A stretch of DNA of 32,000 nt. It comes from Hydrogenophaga sp. (GTDB lineage Bacteria > Pseudomonadota > Gammaproteobacteria > Burkholderiales > Burkholderiaceae_C). Shown here one piece after another: positions 1-8,874 of the stretch. The position numbers were made by a program, and so were the translations under genes. Below the pieces are notes generated by a model. The model did not search any database and was not told the DNA's origin. It saw nothing but the letters and a program-made list of their open reading frames with translations. Each line of letters opens with the position of its first letter. Within the stretch, counting starts at the first letter, position 1. The stretch spans positions 10,442 through 42,441 of the forward strand of contig JBKBWW010000008.1 in the NCBI GenBank assembly GCA_046314475.1, in the 5' to 3' direction.

Positions 1-1767
1 CCGGTCACCACGTCCACCGCCAAACCCGAACCGCAGACCATGGCTGCACTGATCGGTCGCGACATGCAGCGCTGGACCCAGGAGCTGGGCAACATCGAAG
101 GCAAGGGCTCCAACAACTGGGTGGTCTCGGGCGCGCGCAGCACAACCGGCATGCCTTTGCTGGCCAACGATCCGCACCTGGGCCTGAGCGCGCCGGCCAT
201 CTGGTACTTCGCGCGGCTGCAGGCACCCGATGCCGACGGCGTCAAAGGCATGGACGTGATCGGCGCCACGCTGCCGGGCGCGCCGTTTGTGGTGCTGGGC
301 CGCACCGCGCAGGTGGCCTGGGGTTTCACCAACACCGGGCCCGACGTGCAGGACCTCTACATCGAGCAAATCAACCCGGCCAACCCGGCGCAGTACCGCG
401 TGCCGGGCAACACCGCCGAGCCGGTCTGGGCCGACTTCAGCCTGCGCATGGAAACCATCCGCGTGAAGAACCAGCCCGACGTGAGCCACATGGTGCGCAG
501 CACGCGCCACGGTCCGGTGCTCAGTGATGCGCAGGCGCGCCACGGCGAGGTCATGGACACGCGCAAGTTTGTGCTGGCCTTGCGCTGGACCGCCCTGGAC
601 GCCGACAACCGCAACGTGGTGGCCACGATGGAGTCGAACCGCGCGCAGTCGGTGGCCGATCTCACCAAGGCCTTTGCCGATTTCCACTCGCCCATGCAGA
701 ACGTGTTGATGGCCGATCGCAGTGGCGTCATCGCCTACAAGGCGGTGGGTCGGGTGCCGCTGCGGGCTGCAGACAACGACATCCGCGGCGTGGCGCCTGC
801 GCCGGGCTGGGACGCGCGCTACGACTGGGTGGGCTGGTTGCCCTATGAAGACACGCCGCAGGACGCCGGCGAACGCGGCTGGATCGCCACCGCCAACCAG
901 CGCATCCACGCCGCCGACTACCCCCACTTCATCACGCAGGACTGGGCCACGCCGTACCGCCAGGAGCGCATTGAAGCGCTGCTGCAAGCCACGCCGCAAC
1001 ACACGATGGCGTCGTTCCAGGCCATGCACGGCGACCTGCAATCGGCCGCCACCGTGCGCCTGTTGCCGTTCCTGCAAAAGACACCGTCGAGCCATCCGCT
1101 GGCCGCGGCGGCACAAGCGCAACTCAAGGACTTCAACGGCGAGATGCGTGCCGAGCTGGCAGCGCCGCTGATCTACACGGCCTGGGTCGATGCGTTCACG
1201 CGCCATGTGGTGGGCGAGCGCCTGGGGCAGGCGCGCTTTGAGACGCTGTACGGCAAACGCCTGTTTCGCAACGCGGTCGAAGGCATCCTGGAGCGCAACG
1301 ATGCGTCGTGGTGTGGCGCAGCCGGTTGCGAGGCGGCCAGTACGCGGGCGCTGGACCGGGCACTTGATCAACTGCGGCAGAAACACGGCGATGACGTGGC
1401 CGCCTGGCGATGGTCCAACGCCCACCCGGCGATCTCCATCCACCGGCCCTTGAGCAACGTGAAAGCGCTGGCTCCGTTCTTCGAGGTGCGCACACCCACG
1501 GGTGGCGATCCATTCACGGTCAACGTCGGCCAGTACCACCTGGACAAGCTCGATGCGCCATTTGCCAACCGGCACGCGGCCAGCCTGCGCGCCATCTACG
1601 ACCTGTCAGACATGGACAACTCGCGCTTCATCTACCAAACGGGGCAGAGCGGCAATGTGTTCTCAGGCCGCTACCGCGACATGAGCAAGACCTGGGGTGC
1701 GGTGGAGTACCGGTCCCTTTCGATGAAGCCCGGCGAGTGGACCTCGACGCTGGAACTCGTGCCCTGA
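1..1767 (+). CDS. Penicillin acylase family Ntn-hydrolase (penicillin amidase / possible acyl-homoserine-lactone acylase), 5'-truncated by window edge
   Basis: The reading frame is open from nt 1. The translation contains the autoprocessing junction GKG|SNNWVVSG followed by LANDPHLG, typical of the beta-subunit start in the penicillin G acylase / PvdQ-QuiP family. The ORF is long with strong GC3 bias. Confidence 0.8.
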   Translation, partial: PVTTSTAKPEPQTMAALIGRDMQRWTQELGNIEGKGSNNWVVSGARSTTGMPLLANDPHLGLSAPAIWYFARLQAPDADGVKGMDVIGATLPGAPFVVLGRTAQVAWGFTNTGPDVQDLYIEQINPANPAQYRVPGNTAEPVWADFSLRMETIRVKNQPDVSHMVRSTRHGPVLSDAQARHGEVMDTRKFVLALRWTALDADNRNVVATMESNRAQSVADLTKAFADFHSPMQNVLMADRSGVIAYKAVGRVPLRAADNDIRGVAPAPGWDARYDWVGWLPYEDTPQDAGERGWIATANQRIHAADYPHFITQDWATPYRQERIEALLQATPQHTMASFQAMHGDLQSAATVRLLPFLQKTPSSHPLAAAAQAQLKDFNGEMRAELAAPLIYTAWVDAFTRHVVGERLGQARFETLYGKRLFRNAVEGILERNDASWCGAAGCEAASTRALDRALDQLRQKHGDDVAAWRWSNAHPAISIHRPLSNVKALAPFFEVRTPTGGDPFTVNVGQYHLDKLDAPFANRHAASLRAIYDLSDMDNSRFIYQTGQSGNVFSGRYRDMSKTWGAVEYRSLSMKPGEWTSTLELVP

Positions 1768-1772
1768 AGGGC

Positions 1773-2573
1773 TTATTTCAGGTTGCCTGAGAGAAACTGG
1801 GCCAGGCGCTCGCTCTTGGGGCGCGCCAACACCTCGGCGGGCACGCCTTGCTCTTCGATGCAGCCCTTGTGCAGGAAGATGAGGTGCGACGACACCTCGC
1901 GCGCAAAACCCATCTCGTGTGTGACCACCACCATGGTGCGGCCTTCTTCGGCCAGCAGCTTCATCACACGCAGCACTTCGCCGACCAGTTCGGGATCGAG
2001 CGCGCTGGTGGGCTCGTCGAACAGCATCACGTCGGGCTCCACGGCCAACGCGCGGGCAATGGCCACGCGCTGTTGCTGACCACCGCTCATGTGCGAGGGG
2101 TAACGGTCTTCCACGCCGCGCAGACCCACGCGCTCCAAGTAGCGCCGCGCGGTTTCCACCGCTTTGTCTTTCGGGATGCCCAACACGTTCACCGGCGCTT
2201 CGATGATGTTCTGCAGCACCGTCATGTGGGCCCAGAGGTTGAAGTGCTGGAACACCATGGCCAGCTTGGTGCGCAGGCGCTGCAACTGCGCCGCGTTGAC
2301 CGCGCGCAACTCGCCACGCTTGTCGGCCTTGAGTTGAAGCTCTTCGCCCGCCAGGATGATGCGGCCCGTGTTCGGGTTCTCCAGCAGGTTGATGCAGCGC
2401 AGCAGCGTGCTCTTGCCCGAGCCGGAACTGCCGATCAGGCTGATCACGTCGCCGGCCCGCGCTTGCAGCGAGACACCCTTGAGCACTTCGTTGGCACCAA
2501 AGCGCTTGTGGATGTCGTGGACCTCCAGCAGCGGGCGTCCAGGCGTCTTGGTAGCGGTTGAATCTGCAGTCAT
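1773..2573 (-). CDS. Polar amino-acid ABC transporter ATP-binding protein (HisP/AotP-like)
   Basis: Walker [13 protein letters not shown] signature [15 protein letters not shown] and Walker [12 protein letters not shown] are present. I trimmed the track ORF (to 2741) to the ATG at 2573 (MTADSTATK...). The upstream extension is Arg/Ala/Cys-rich junk and would overlap the next gene. Confidence 0.9.
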   Translation of the reverse strand: MTADSTATKTPGRPLLEVHDIHKRFGANEVLKGVSLQARAGDVISLIGSSGSGKSTLLRCINLLENPNTGRIILAGEELQLKADKRGELRAVNAAQLQRLRTKLAMVFQHFNLWAHMTVLQNIIEAPVNVLGIPKDKAVETARRYLERVGLRGVEDRYPSHMSGGQQQRVAIARALAVEPDVMLFDEPTSALDPELVGEVLRVMKLLAEEGRTMVVVTHEMGFAREVSSHLIFLHKGCIEEQGVPAEVLARPKSERLAQFLSGNLK

Positions 2574-2598
2574 GGTCGATGCCCGATGGAATGAAAAC

Positions 2599-3738
2599 TC
2601 AGGCGCCCAGCAGGTCGCCGGAGCGGAAGGGTGTGGCGCCAGCAATCTTGCCGACCTCGCCGCCAGAGACGATGTAGCGCTCGCGCACGGTCGCGTACAG
2701 CACGCCCGAGACTTCGGCGCGCACCTCGTGCACACGCGCAAGTCCGGCCGCGGTGGGGTCGATCACCTCGGCCACCACGTCCCCTACGTTCACGCGGGCG
2801 CCGGGTTTCACCAGAAACACCAACACGCCAGGCACCGGTGAGCGCAAGGTCTGCGAGCCTGCCAGCGGCGTGGGCTTGCAGACCAGGGGCGGCAGCGGGA
2901 CCAGCGCAGCGGCGGCCAGGGCGCCCGCATGTTCCAGGAACGCAACGATCGCGTGGGCGTCTTTGCGCGCGAGCTCGTGCGACACGTCGCCCTCGCCACG
3001 CAGCTCCACGGTGGCACTGGCGCAGCCCTGGGGCAGGGGAACGTTCACGCCTGTGGCGCGCAGTGCGCAAGCCAGCTGCCACCACAGACCCGAGAGGCGC
3101 TCGTCAAACGGCCCACCGCCCGACTCGCGCGCCAGCAGCACGGCATGGCAGCCCAGCAGGCGTGCCAGCGGTTCCAGCGGGGGCCAGCAGGCTTCTTCGC
3201 TGTAGATGTGCATCACCGCGTCGTTGTCGCAGTGCAGGTCCAGCACCAGGTCGGCGTCGTGCGAGAGCAGCAGCAGTTGCCGGCGCATGCTGTCGAGTTC
3301 GCTGGCGGGCTGCCACTGGGTGAGCCAATCGCCCACCAGTTGGCGTACCGTGGCCACGTTGGCTTGCGCGTCTGGGCCCAGGCGGGTGCGGGCATCGGCC
3401 AGCACGGCGTCGGCCATGTCCGGGTAGTGGCGATTGAAGTTTTGGGCGGTGTCGAATTCGAACCGGCCCATGGCGCGGTGGTCCAGGCGTTGGCTCAGAC
3501 CGATCGGGTTGGCCGCCGGCACCAGGACCACCTCGCCGCGCAGAAGGCCTGCGTTGTCGGCCGCTTCCAGCCGCTGACGCAGGTGGTGTGCCACCAGCAT
3601 GCCGGGCAGTTCTTCGGCGTGCAGGCTGGCCTGGATGTAGACCTTGGGCCGCACACCTGGCGTGCCGAAGTGAAAGGCCACCAAGGTTTTCTGGCTGCCC
3701 AGGCTCGGGCTCAGCAAGGAATGTTCGGTGCGTTGCAT
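2599..3738 (-). CDS. Succinylglutamate desuccinylase/aspartoacylase (M14-like) family protein, AotO-position gene
   Basis: 379 aa. The N-terminus ...[15 protein letters not shown]... carries the AstE/AspA-family zinc-site style motif. The gene sits between the permease and ATPase genes, as in aotJQMOP-type operons. Confidence 0.7.
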   Translation of the reverse strand: MQRTEHSLLSPSLGSQKTLVAFHFGTPGVRPKVYIQASLHAEELPGMLVAHHLRQRLEAADNAGLLRGEVVLVPAANPIGLSQRLDHRAMGRFEFDTAQNFNRHYPDMADAVLADARTRLGPDAQANVATVRQLVGDWLTQWQPASELDSMRRQLLLLSHDADLVLDLHCDNDAVMHIYSEEACWPPLEPLARLLGCHAVLLARESGGGPFDERLSGLWWQLACALRATGVNVPLPQGCASATVELRGEGDVSHELARKDAHAIVAFLEHAGALAAAALVPLPPLVCKPTPLAGSQTLRSPVPGVLVFLVKPGARVNVGDVVAEVIDPTAAGLARVHEVRAEVSGVLYATVRERYIVSGGEVGKIAGATPFRSGDLLGA

Positions 3739-3760
3739 GGTTCGACGGAGGCCACGCGCC

Positions 3761-4474
3761 TCAGTGGCCGCGGGGTGCCAGATGGGCCAGAAAGCGCCGC
3801 TCGGCGAGCTTGAACACGCCCACCAGACTGAAGGTGATGGTCAGGTAGATCGCAGCCGCAAAGATGTAGGCCTCGAACGGGAGGTAGAAATCGGAATAGA
3901 TGCGGCTGGCCGCAGCGGTCACGTCCAGCATGGCGGGCACGGTGCTCGCCAAGCTGGTGGCGTGCAGCATCATCACCACCTCGTTGCTGTAGGCCGGCAG
4001 TGTGCGGCGGATGGCGCTGGGCAGCACGATGCGACGCATGGCGGTTGTCGGGCTCATGCCCATGGCCTGCGCCGCTTCGATTTCACCGGCCGATGTTTCG
4101 CGGATGGCTCCGGCCAGCATCTCGGCGGTGTAGCCCGCGGTATTCAGGCTGAACGCCAGCAGCGCGCAAAAGAACGGCTCTTTGAAATGCGTCCACGGCC
4201 AGACATCATTCCAGCGGTCCTGGATCCAGTCGAGTTGCGCAAGGCCGTAGTAAATCAAATAGAGCTGGATCAGCAGCGGCGTGCCGCGGATCACGTAGGT
4301 GTAGGCGCCGACGAGCCAGCGCAGCGGCGCGATCGAGCTCGTCAAAGCCAGCGCAAACAGCACCGCGAGCAGCGTGCCCACGCCCAGTGACGAGAGCAGC
4401 AACCACAGTGTGGTGATCAGCCCTTCGCCGTACATGGCCAAGGTACTGGGTTGAAAAATGACTTCCCATTTCAT
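3761..4474 (-). CDS. Amino-acid ABC transporter permease (HisM/AotM-like)
   Basis: 237-aa multi-pass membrane protein with an EAA-like loop (EIEAAQAMGMSPTTAMRRIVLP). It lies in the operon with the binding-protein and ATPase genes. Confidence 0.9.
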   Translation of the reverse strand: MKWEVIFQPSTLAMYGEGLITTLWLLLSSLGVGTLLAVLFALALTSSIAPLRWLVGAYTYVIRGTPLLIQLYLIYYGLAQLDWIQDRWNDVWPWTHFKEPFFCALLAFSLNTAGYTAEMLAGAIRETSAGEIEAAQAMGMSPTTAMRRIVLPSAIRRTLPAYSNEVVMMLHATSLASTVPAMLDVTAAASRIYSDFYLPFEAYIFAAAIYLTITFSLVGVFKLAERRFLAHLAPRGH

Positions 4475-4484
4475 GGGCAGGTGC

Positions 4485-5171
4485 TCAGGTGTTGGCGCGT
4501 CTCACGCCCAGGCTGAAGCGTCGGTCCAGCCAGCGCAGCGCCCACAGCGACACGGACGTGTAGACCAGAAACAGCGCTGCGGCGAACAGGAAGAAGGTGA
4601 ATGGCTCACGGGTGGCCGAGCTGGCCTGCTTGGCCAGGTAGGTCATTTCCTGCAGACCGATCAAGCTGACGAGCGCGGTGGCCTTGATCAGCACCAGCCA
4701 GTTGTTGGTGAAGCCGGGCAGGGCGTAGCGCACCATCTGGGGCGCGGTGATACGCAGGAAGGTGCGCACCGGCCCCATGCCGAACGCCCACGCCGCTTCC
4801 ATCTGGCCCTTGGGAATCGAGAGGATGGCGCCGCGGAAAGTCTCCGTCATGTAGGCGCCGTAGATGAAGCCGATGGTCAGCACTCCCGCCAGGAACGGGT
4901 TGATGTCCACCGAGGACTTGCTGCCCATGGCTTCGAGAAGGTGGTTGAGACCGATGGTGCCACCGTAAAAGATGAGCAACATCAGCACCAACTCGGGAAT
5001 GCCACGCACCAGCGTGGTGTAGACCGTGGCCAGCCCCACAAGCACGGGGCGGCCCGAGAGTTTGGCCACAGCACCCAGCAGACCCAGCAGGATGGCCACC
5101 ATCAAGGCGGCCAGTGAAACGCCCACCGTGAGGAGGGCGCCCTGCAGGATCGAGCTGAAGTAGCCGGACAA
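4485..5171 (-). CDS. Amino-acid ABC transporter permease (HisQ/AotQ-like)
   Basis: 228-aa multi-pass membrane protein with the loop QMEAAWAFGMGPVRTFLRITAP. It is adjacent to the second permease gene. Confidence 0.9.
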   Translation of the reverse strand: MSGYFSSILQGALLTVGVSLAALMVAILLGLLGAVAKLSGRPVLVGLATVYTTLVRGIPELVLMLLIFYGGTIGLNHLLEAMGSKSSVDINPFLAGVLTIGFIYGAYMTETFRGAILSIPKGQMEAAWAFGMGPVRTFLRITAPQMVRYALPGFTNNWLVLIKATALVSLIGLQEMTYLAKQASSATREPFTFFLFAAALFLVYTSVSLWALRWLDRRFSLGVRRANT

Positions 5172-5182
5172 AACGCGTCAGC

Positions 5183-6028
5183 TCAGTTGCCGTACACGTC
5201 GAAGTCGAAGTACTTCTTGCTGACCGTCTCGTAGACGCCGTTGGCGCGGATGGCCTTGATGGCCGCGTTCAGCTCGTCCTTGAGTGCGGTTTCACCTTTG
5301 CGCATGGCCACGCCAACACCCGTACCGAAGTACTTGGCATCGGCCAGAACCGGGCCCACGAAGCCGTAGCCAGCACCTTCAGGCTTGCTCAGGAAACCAC
5401 CATTGACCTCGACCTGGTCGGCCACGGTGCCGTCCAGACGGCCGGATTTGATGTCCAGGTACACCTGGTCCTGCGCTTCGTAGGGGACCACGCTCACGCC
5501 GACCGACTTGAGTTCACCCATGGCGTACTTCTCTTGCGTGCTGCCCTTGAGCACGCCGATTTTCTTGCCCTTGAGCGACGCCAGATCGGTGAACGCCGTG
5601 CCGGTCTTGACGACGATGCGGCTGGGCGTGAAGTAGTACTTGTCCGAGAAGTCGACCACTTGCAGGCGCTCTTCCGTGACGGACATCGAACTGATGATCG
5701 CGTCGTATTTTTTGGCCTGCAGACCGGGGATCATGCTGTCCCAGACCTGTTCGACATACACGCACTTGCGCTTGATTTCGTTGCACAGCGCTTCGGCGAT
5801 GTCCACGTCAAAACCGGTGGGTTTGCCGTCCGCGGTCTTGAAGGTGAAGGGTTCGTAGGTCGGATCGATCGCGACTTTGAGTTCGGGCAGTTCGGCCGGC
5901 GCGGGTGCAGCGGCAACGGGGGCTGGTGCGGGTGCGGCTGCAGGTGCAGGCGTTTCGGTTTTTCCACAGCCCACCAAGGCAGCGGCACCAACAAGGCTCA
6001 GGGACAGAATCAGGTTTTTCATGGGCAT
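5183..6028 (-). CDS. Periplasmic Lys/Arg/Orn-type substrate-binding protein, lipoprotein form
   Basis: SBP family-3 body (KVAIDPTYEPFTFKTADGKPTGFDVDI...). The N-terminus has the lipobox LVGC followed by an Ala/Pro-rich linker. It is the first gene of the ABC operon. Confidence 0.85.
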   Translation of the reverse strand: MPMKNLILSLSLVGAAALVGCGKTETPAPAAAPAPAPVAAAPAPAELPELKVAIDPTYEPFTFKTADGKPTGFDVDIAEALCNEIKRKCVYVEQVWDSMIPGLQAKKYDAIISSMSVTEERLQVVDFSDKYYFTPSRIVVKTGTAFTDLASLKGKKIGVLKGSTQEKYAMGELKSVGVSVVPYEAQDQVYLDIKSGRLDGTVADQVEVNGGFLSKPEGAGYGFVGPVLADAKYFGTGVGVAMRKGETALKDELNAAIKAIRANGVYETVSKKYFDFDVYGN

Positions 6029-6215
6029 CTTTCAATGGCGTTCAAGTGAACCGCCAAACAGGTTGAGACAGGCGTGTGGATTGTAGGTTGAGGCCTCGGG
6101 GTGCACCGTTAAAGGGCTGCTGGTGTTTCCCCGCATAGTAGGGAAGCGCGGTCTTGATAAGGACGCGGAATACAAAGCAAGCTTCAAGCCTGAGTGAGAT
6201 ACACCATGTGCATCT

Positions 6216-6611
6216 TTATCTATACATAATATACATCGTAGAACATGCGACCAGCCAGTCGCTGAGGGTGCTAGGCACCGTGTTCCCAAAAATCGCCGTT
6301 GCGCTTGCTCCACTTGAAGCGACGGCCGCGCCAGTCGCTAGCAATGCTTTTCCCAGGGCCTTGTACAGCCTGTCCCCCTTGGACGTTCCCTCGTATTTCG
6401 CGATCGTGGCTCTCACCAGCCAAGCTTCTGCATCGAGGCCCGCGACGCTGGCCATAAGTGCAATGTCTGCTGGCGGGCACGGTTTCCGGCCGTGTTTCCA
6501 GTCGCTCACAGTCTGTCTGGACACTTCCAGCATCTGCGCCAGCTTGTAGTCACTTCCTACTACTTTGGATGCGCTGTCAAGCAGCTCCAGCATCTGATCA
6601 TGGTCTTGCAT
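6216..6611 (-). CDS. Prophage HTH repressor-like protein (Cro/CI / YdaS-type)
   Basis: 131 aa from the ATG at 6611. It carries the helix-turn-helix segment YKLAQMLEVSRQTVSDWKHGRKPCP. It is divergent from the phage replication/structural genes, like rstR in CTX-type phages. The track ORF extension to 6803 was rejected. Confidence 0.7.
   Translation of the reverse strand: MQDHDQMLELLDSASKVVGSDYKLAQMLEVSRQTVSDWKHGRKPCPPADIALMASVAGLDAEAWLVRATIAKYEGTSKGDRLYKALGKALLATGAAVASSGASATAIFGNTVPSTLSDWLVACSTMYIMYR
6219..6246 (-). repeat. Left prophage junction, dif-like 28-mer (minus strand ATGTTCTACGA-TGTATA-TTATGTATAGA)
   Basis: It shares 15/17 nt (TATACATCGTAGAACAT versus TATACATCGTGGAATAT) with the right junction. 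The central TGTATA and the TTATGT start of the right arm match the E. coli dif layout GGTGCGCATAA-TGTATA-TTATGTTAAAT, which I recall from memory. Confidence 0.55.
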
Positions 6612-6638
6612 AGCGTACTCCGGCGGTGTACTGTTCGA

Positions 6639-6659
6639 ACGTCCTCCAACTGAGGACGT
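6639..6659. promoter_or_regulatory. Perfect 8-bp inverted repeat ACGTCCTC-caact-GAGGACGT, candidate operator or stem-loop
   Basis: Read directly from the sequence. It lies 28 nt upstream of the repressor ATG, inside the phage divergent control region. Confidence 0.35.
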
Positions 6660-6861
6660 ACACGAAAGCCCAACGTCATGACTGTACAGCCGACACCGAA
6701 CAGCCACAACAGGCACCGCGCCTTTGTTACCGGCCACCGCGCACCAGGTGCAGCAGCCACCGTCAAGGTTCACACGCCAGCGAACCACACCAGCTGGCTG
6801 CACATCGGCCTGTTCCTGGAACAGATGCCCAAGCGTTCAGGCGGTCAGCGTTGAACGCCGT

Positions 6862-7095
6862 TCAGTCCACATGCATCGGCGGCATCGTGTCGCCGTCTCG
6901 CGTTGTTGTTCTGCTCCTGTTCACCGTTGCTCGCCATTCATTGCCCAACCGCGAATCGTTGATTCCATCGCGGATTGCGTACCTGATGACCATGTACAGC
7001 ACAACCATCCCAATCGCGAATGCAATTGCCTCCAACACCATGAGTTGGAAGGCGGCCTTTGTCATTTCTATTTCGAATTGCTTGAGGTTGCCCAT
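6862..7095 (-). CDS. Small prophage membrane protein (77 aa), function unknown
   Basis: One clear TM helix (AAFQLMVLEAIAFAIGMVVLYMVI). An SD-like AAGGGA lies about 6 nt upstream of the ATG. It is co-oriented with the repressor. Confidence 0.45.
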   Translation of the reverse strand: MGNLKQFEIEMTKAAFQLMVLEAIAFAIGMVVLYMVIRYAIRDGINDSRLGNEWRATVNRSRTTTRDGDTMPPMHVD

Positions 7096-7137
7096 TGCGT
7101 TTTCCCTTTCTGGCTTGTTTGTAACAGGTGCAAACGC

Positions 7138-7338
7138 ATGAAGCCCTCAGACCAGCTCCCACTTCAGTTCGAAGCTCCCGCACCTCTCCAGGCACGCTAT
7201 CCGAACGTGCATTGCTGGATGGTCAAGCGAGCCCGTACAAGCTGGCCTGTCCACCAGGACGAACGCGCACGCGAGCCGGCCATCTGGTCCTGTGCCTGCG
7301 GCAAGGTCATGACCGGCATCAAGGGAGCGACGCAATGA
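7138..7338 (+). CDS. Small prophage ORF (66 aa) translationally coupled to rep
   Basis: Its stop overlaps the rep start (ATGA at 7335-7338). It has reasonable GC3 and Cys/His residues (HCW...CAC). No family was recognised. Confidence 0.4.
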   Translation: MKPSDQLPLQFEAPAPLQARYPNVHCWMVKRARTSWPVHQDERAREPAIWSCACGKVMTGIKGATQ

Positions 7339-8333
7339 GCGCGCGGCCTGCTGCCGATGGCAAGCGCAGCGCAGCGGCGGCAGGCCGCTGCCCCCCTGCT
7401 CTAACAGGGGGGGAAGAAACCAAGTCGGCGAAATTGGATTGGTGCACCGTGACCTGGCTCCCGGATCACGATGAACACGTCGCCGCAACGATCCATCACC
7501 TGCTGTCTGAGTTTCTCGGCGGCGTCCTGGGGGAGTCGGTCAATGGCATGTTCGGATACGAGTCTGGCGTACGGTTTTATGTACCCATGGGCGGTCGCCC
7601 TGTTCATGTGGGCCGGGTTGACTTTGGGGGATCGCACCACGGTTTTCGGGCACGTCTTGATCTGTCTGGCGCTGGCTGCTCTCGGATGCTGAACTGGTCG
7701 AGGTTCCGCACCGTTCTTGAGTCCTGGACGGAAGCCAAGCTCACCCGTGTTGATCTCGCTGTGGACTGCCTCGAAGGCGAGTTCAGCGTGGAAGACGCCC
7801 GAGATTGGTATCTCGCTGATGACTTTCGAGCAGGCACCAGCGGTGCCATGCCCAGGCACAGTCTCATCGGCGATTGGCTCGGCCAGCCCAAGCATGGCCG
7901 CACCCTTGAGGTGGGCCGACGCGAGAACGGCAAGATGTGCCGCGTGTACGAGAAGGGTCGCCAGCTCGGCGATCAGGCCAGCGCCTGGACACGCTTCGAG
8001 GTCGAGTTGCGCAACAACGATCGCGACCTCCCCATGGACATTCTCACGCGGCCAGACGTCTATTTCGTCGGTGCGTACAAGTGCCTGGAGCGCGTGCTCG
8101 ACGCCGCAGGCGAACGCATCGCAACACACCAGAAAGAGGGCGAGATCGCTCTCGAAGTGATGAAGGGCCATGCCTGTACCTCATACGGGCAAGTGCTGGA
8201 TGTGTTGCGCGTCATGGGTCTGTCTGCAGAGGAGATCTGCAAAGAAATTGCCCGGCCTGGCGTCCCAAGGAGACTGGAGCGCGCGAGCCTCGCCGGGTTT
8301 TTAAACGGCGGGTCTCCTCCGCCATTCCACTAG
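7335..8333 (+). CDS. Filamentous-phage replication initiation protein (Rep_trans / RstA-like)
   Basis: Motifs KLDWCTVTW, VDFGG..HGFRARLDLSGAGC, LTRVDLAVD and CRVYEKG...WTRFEVELR are typical of the pfam Rep_trans rolling-circle initiators. The SD AAGGGAG lies 7 nt before the ATG at 7335. The track start at 7128 was rejected. Confidence 0.8.
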   Translation: MSARPAADGKRSAAAAGRCPPALTGGEETKSAKLDWCTVTWLPDHDEHVAATIHHLLSEFLGGVLGESVNGMFGYESGVRFYVPMGGRPVHVGRVDFGGSHHGFRARLDLSGAGCSRMLNWSRFRTVLESWTEAKLTRVDLAVDCLEGEFSVEDARDWYLADDFRAGTSGAMPRHSLIGDWLGQPKHGRTLEVGRRENGKMCRVYEKGRQLGDQASAWTRFEVELRNNDRDLPMDILTRPDVYFVGAYKCLERVLDAAGERIATHQKEGEIALEVMKGHACTSYGQVLDVLRVMGLSAEEICKEIARPGVPRRLERASLAGFLNGGSPPPFH

Positions 8334-8343
8334 GAGAAACGTC

Positions 8344-8667
8344 ATGCGTGTTCATCAGAAATGCATCATCAAAGGTGCCGGCTTCTTTGTCGGCGACGTC
8401 GAGGGTCAGGCTTACGACAACGGCCAGATCTTCATCGAAGAGCCCTTCGATGCGAGCAAGCTCAATATCAAGGGCTTCCGCACCGTTGAGTACAAGTGCC
8501 TCAGCAGCGCGGTGGTCAAGCCCATCATGCACAACGACTTCCCGATCAACGCGGACGTCGAGATGGAGCTCAGCGCCACGAAGCGCGGCTCCGAAATCAT
8601 CGTCCACAGCATCAAGCCCATCGGGCTGGCCCACGGCACCCCAGCCGCTTCGAAACAGGCCGCCTGA
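8344..8667 (+). CDS. Candidate phage ssDNA-binding protein (g5p/RstB position)
   Basis: 107-aa soluble protein directly after rep, with SD AGGAG at 8333-8337. The assignment rests on position only; no motif was recognised. Confidence 0.45.
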   Translation: MRVHQKCIIKGAGFFVGDVEGQAYDNGQIFIEEPFDASKLNIKGFRTVEYKCLSSAVVKPIMHNDFPINADVEMELSATKRGSEIIVHSIKPIGLAHGTPAASKQAA

Positions 8668-8870
8668 TGGACCCCACCGTGATCGAGTGCGCCACCTCTT
8701 GCACGGTCACGTTGGTCCACGTCATCTCCATCCCTCCTTTCAATCTCACGCTTGAACAGGCGGGACAGATCAGCGGCGCGATCCTGCTGGTGTGGGCTGT
8801 CGCCGCGGTTTACCGCGAAGTCATCCACATGATTTCCGATCGCAAATCCTCAACCTCAGAAACGGAGTAA
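8667..8870 (+). CDS. Small hydrophobic phage protein (g7p/g9p-like minor coat candidate)
   Basis: 67 aa. Its start overlaps the upstream stop (TGATG). It has one TM segment (ISGAILLVWAVAAVY) and lies immediately upstream of the major coat gene. Confidence 0.5.
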   Translation: MDPTVIECATSCTVTLVHVISIPPFNLTLEQAGQISGAILLVWAVAAVYREVIHMISDRKSSTSETE

Positions 8871-8874
8871 ATCC

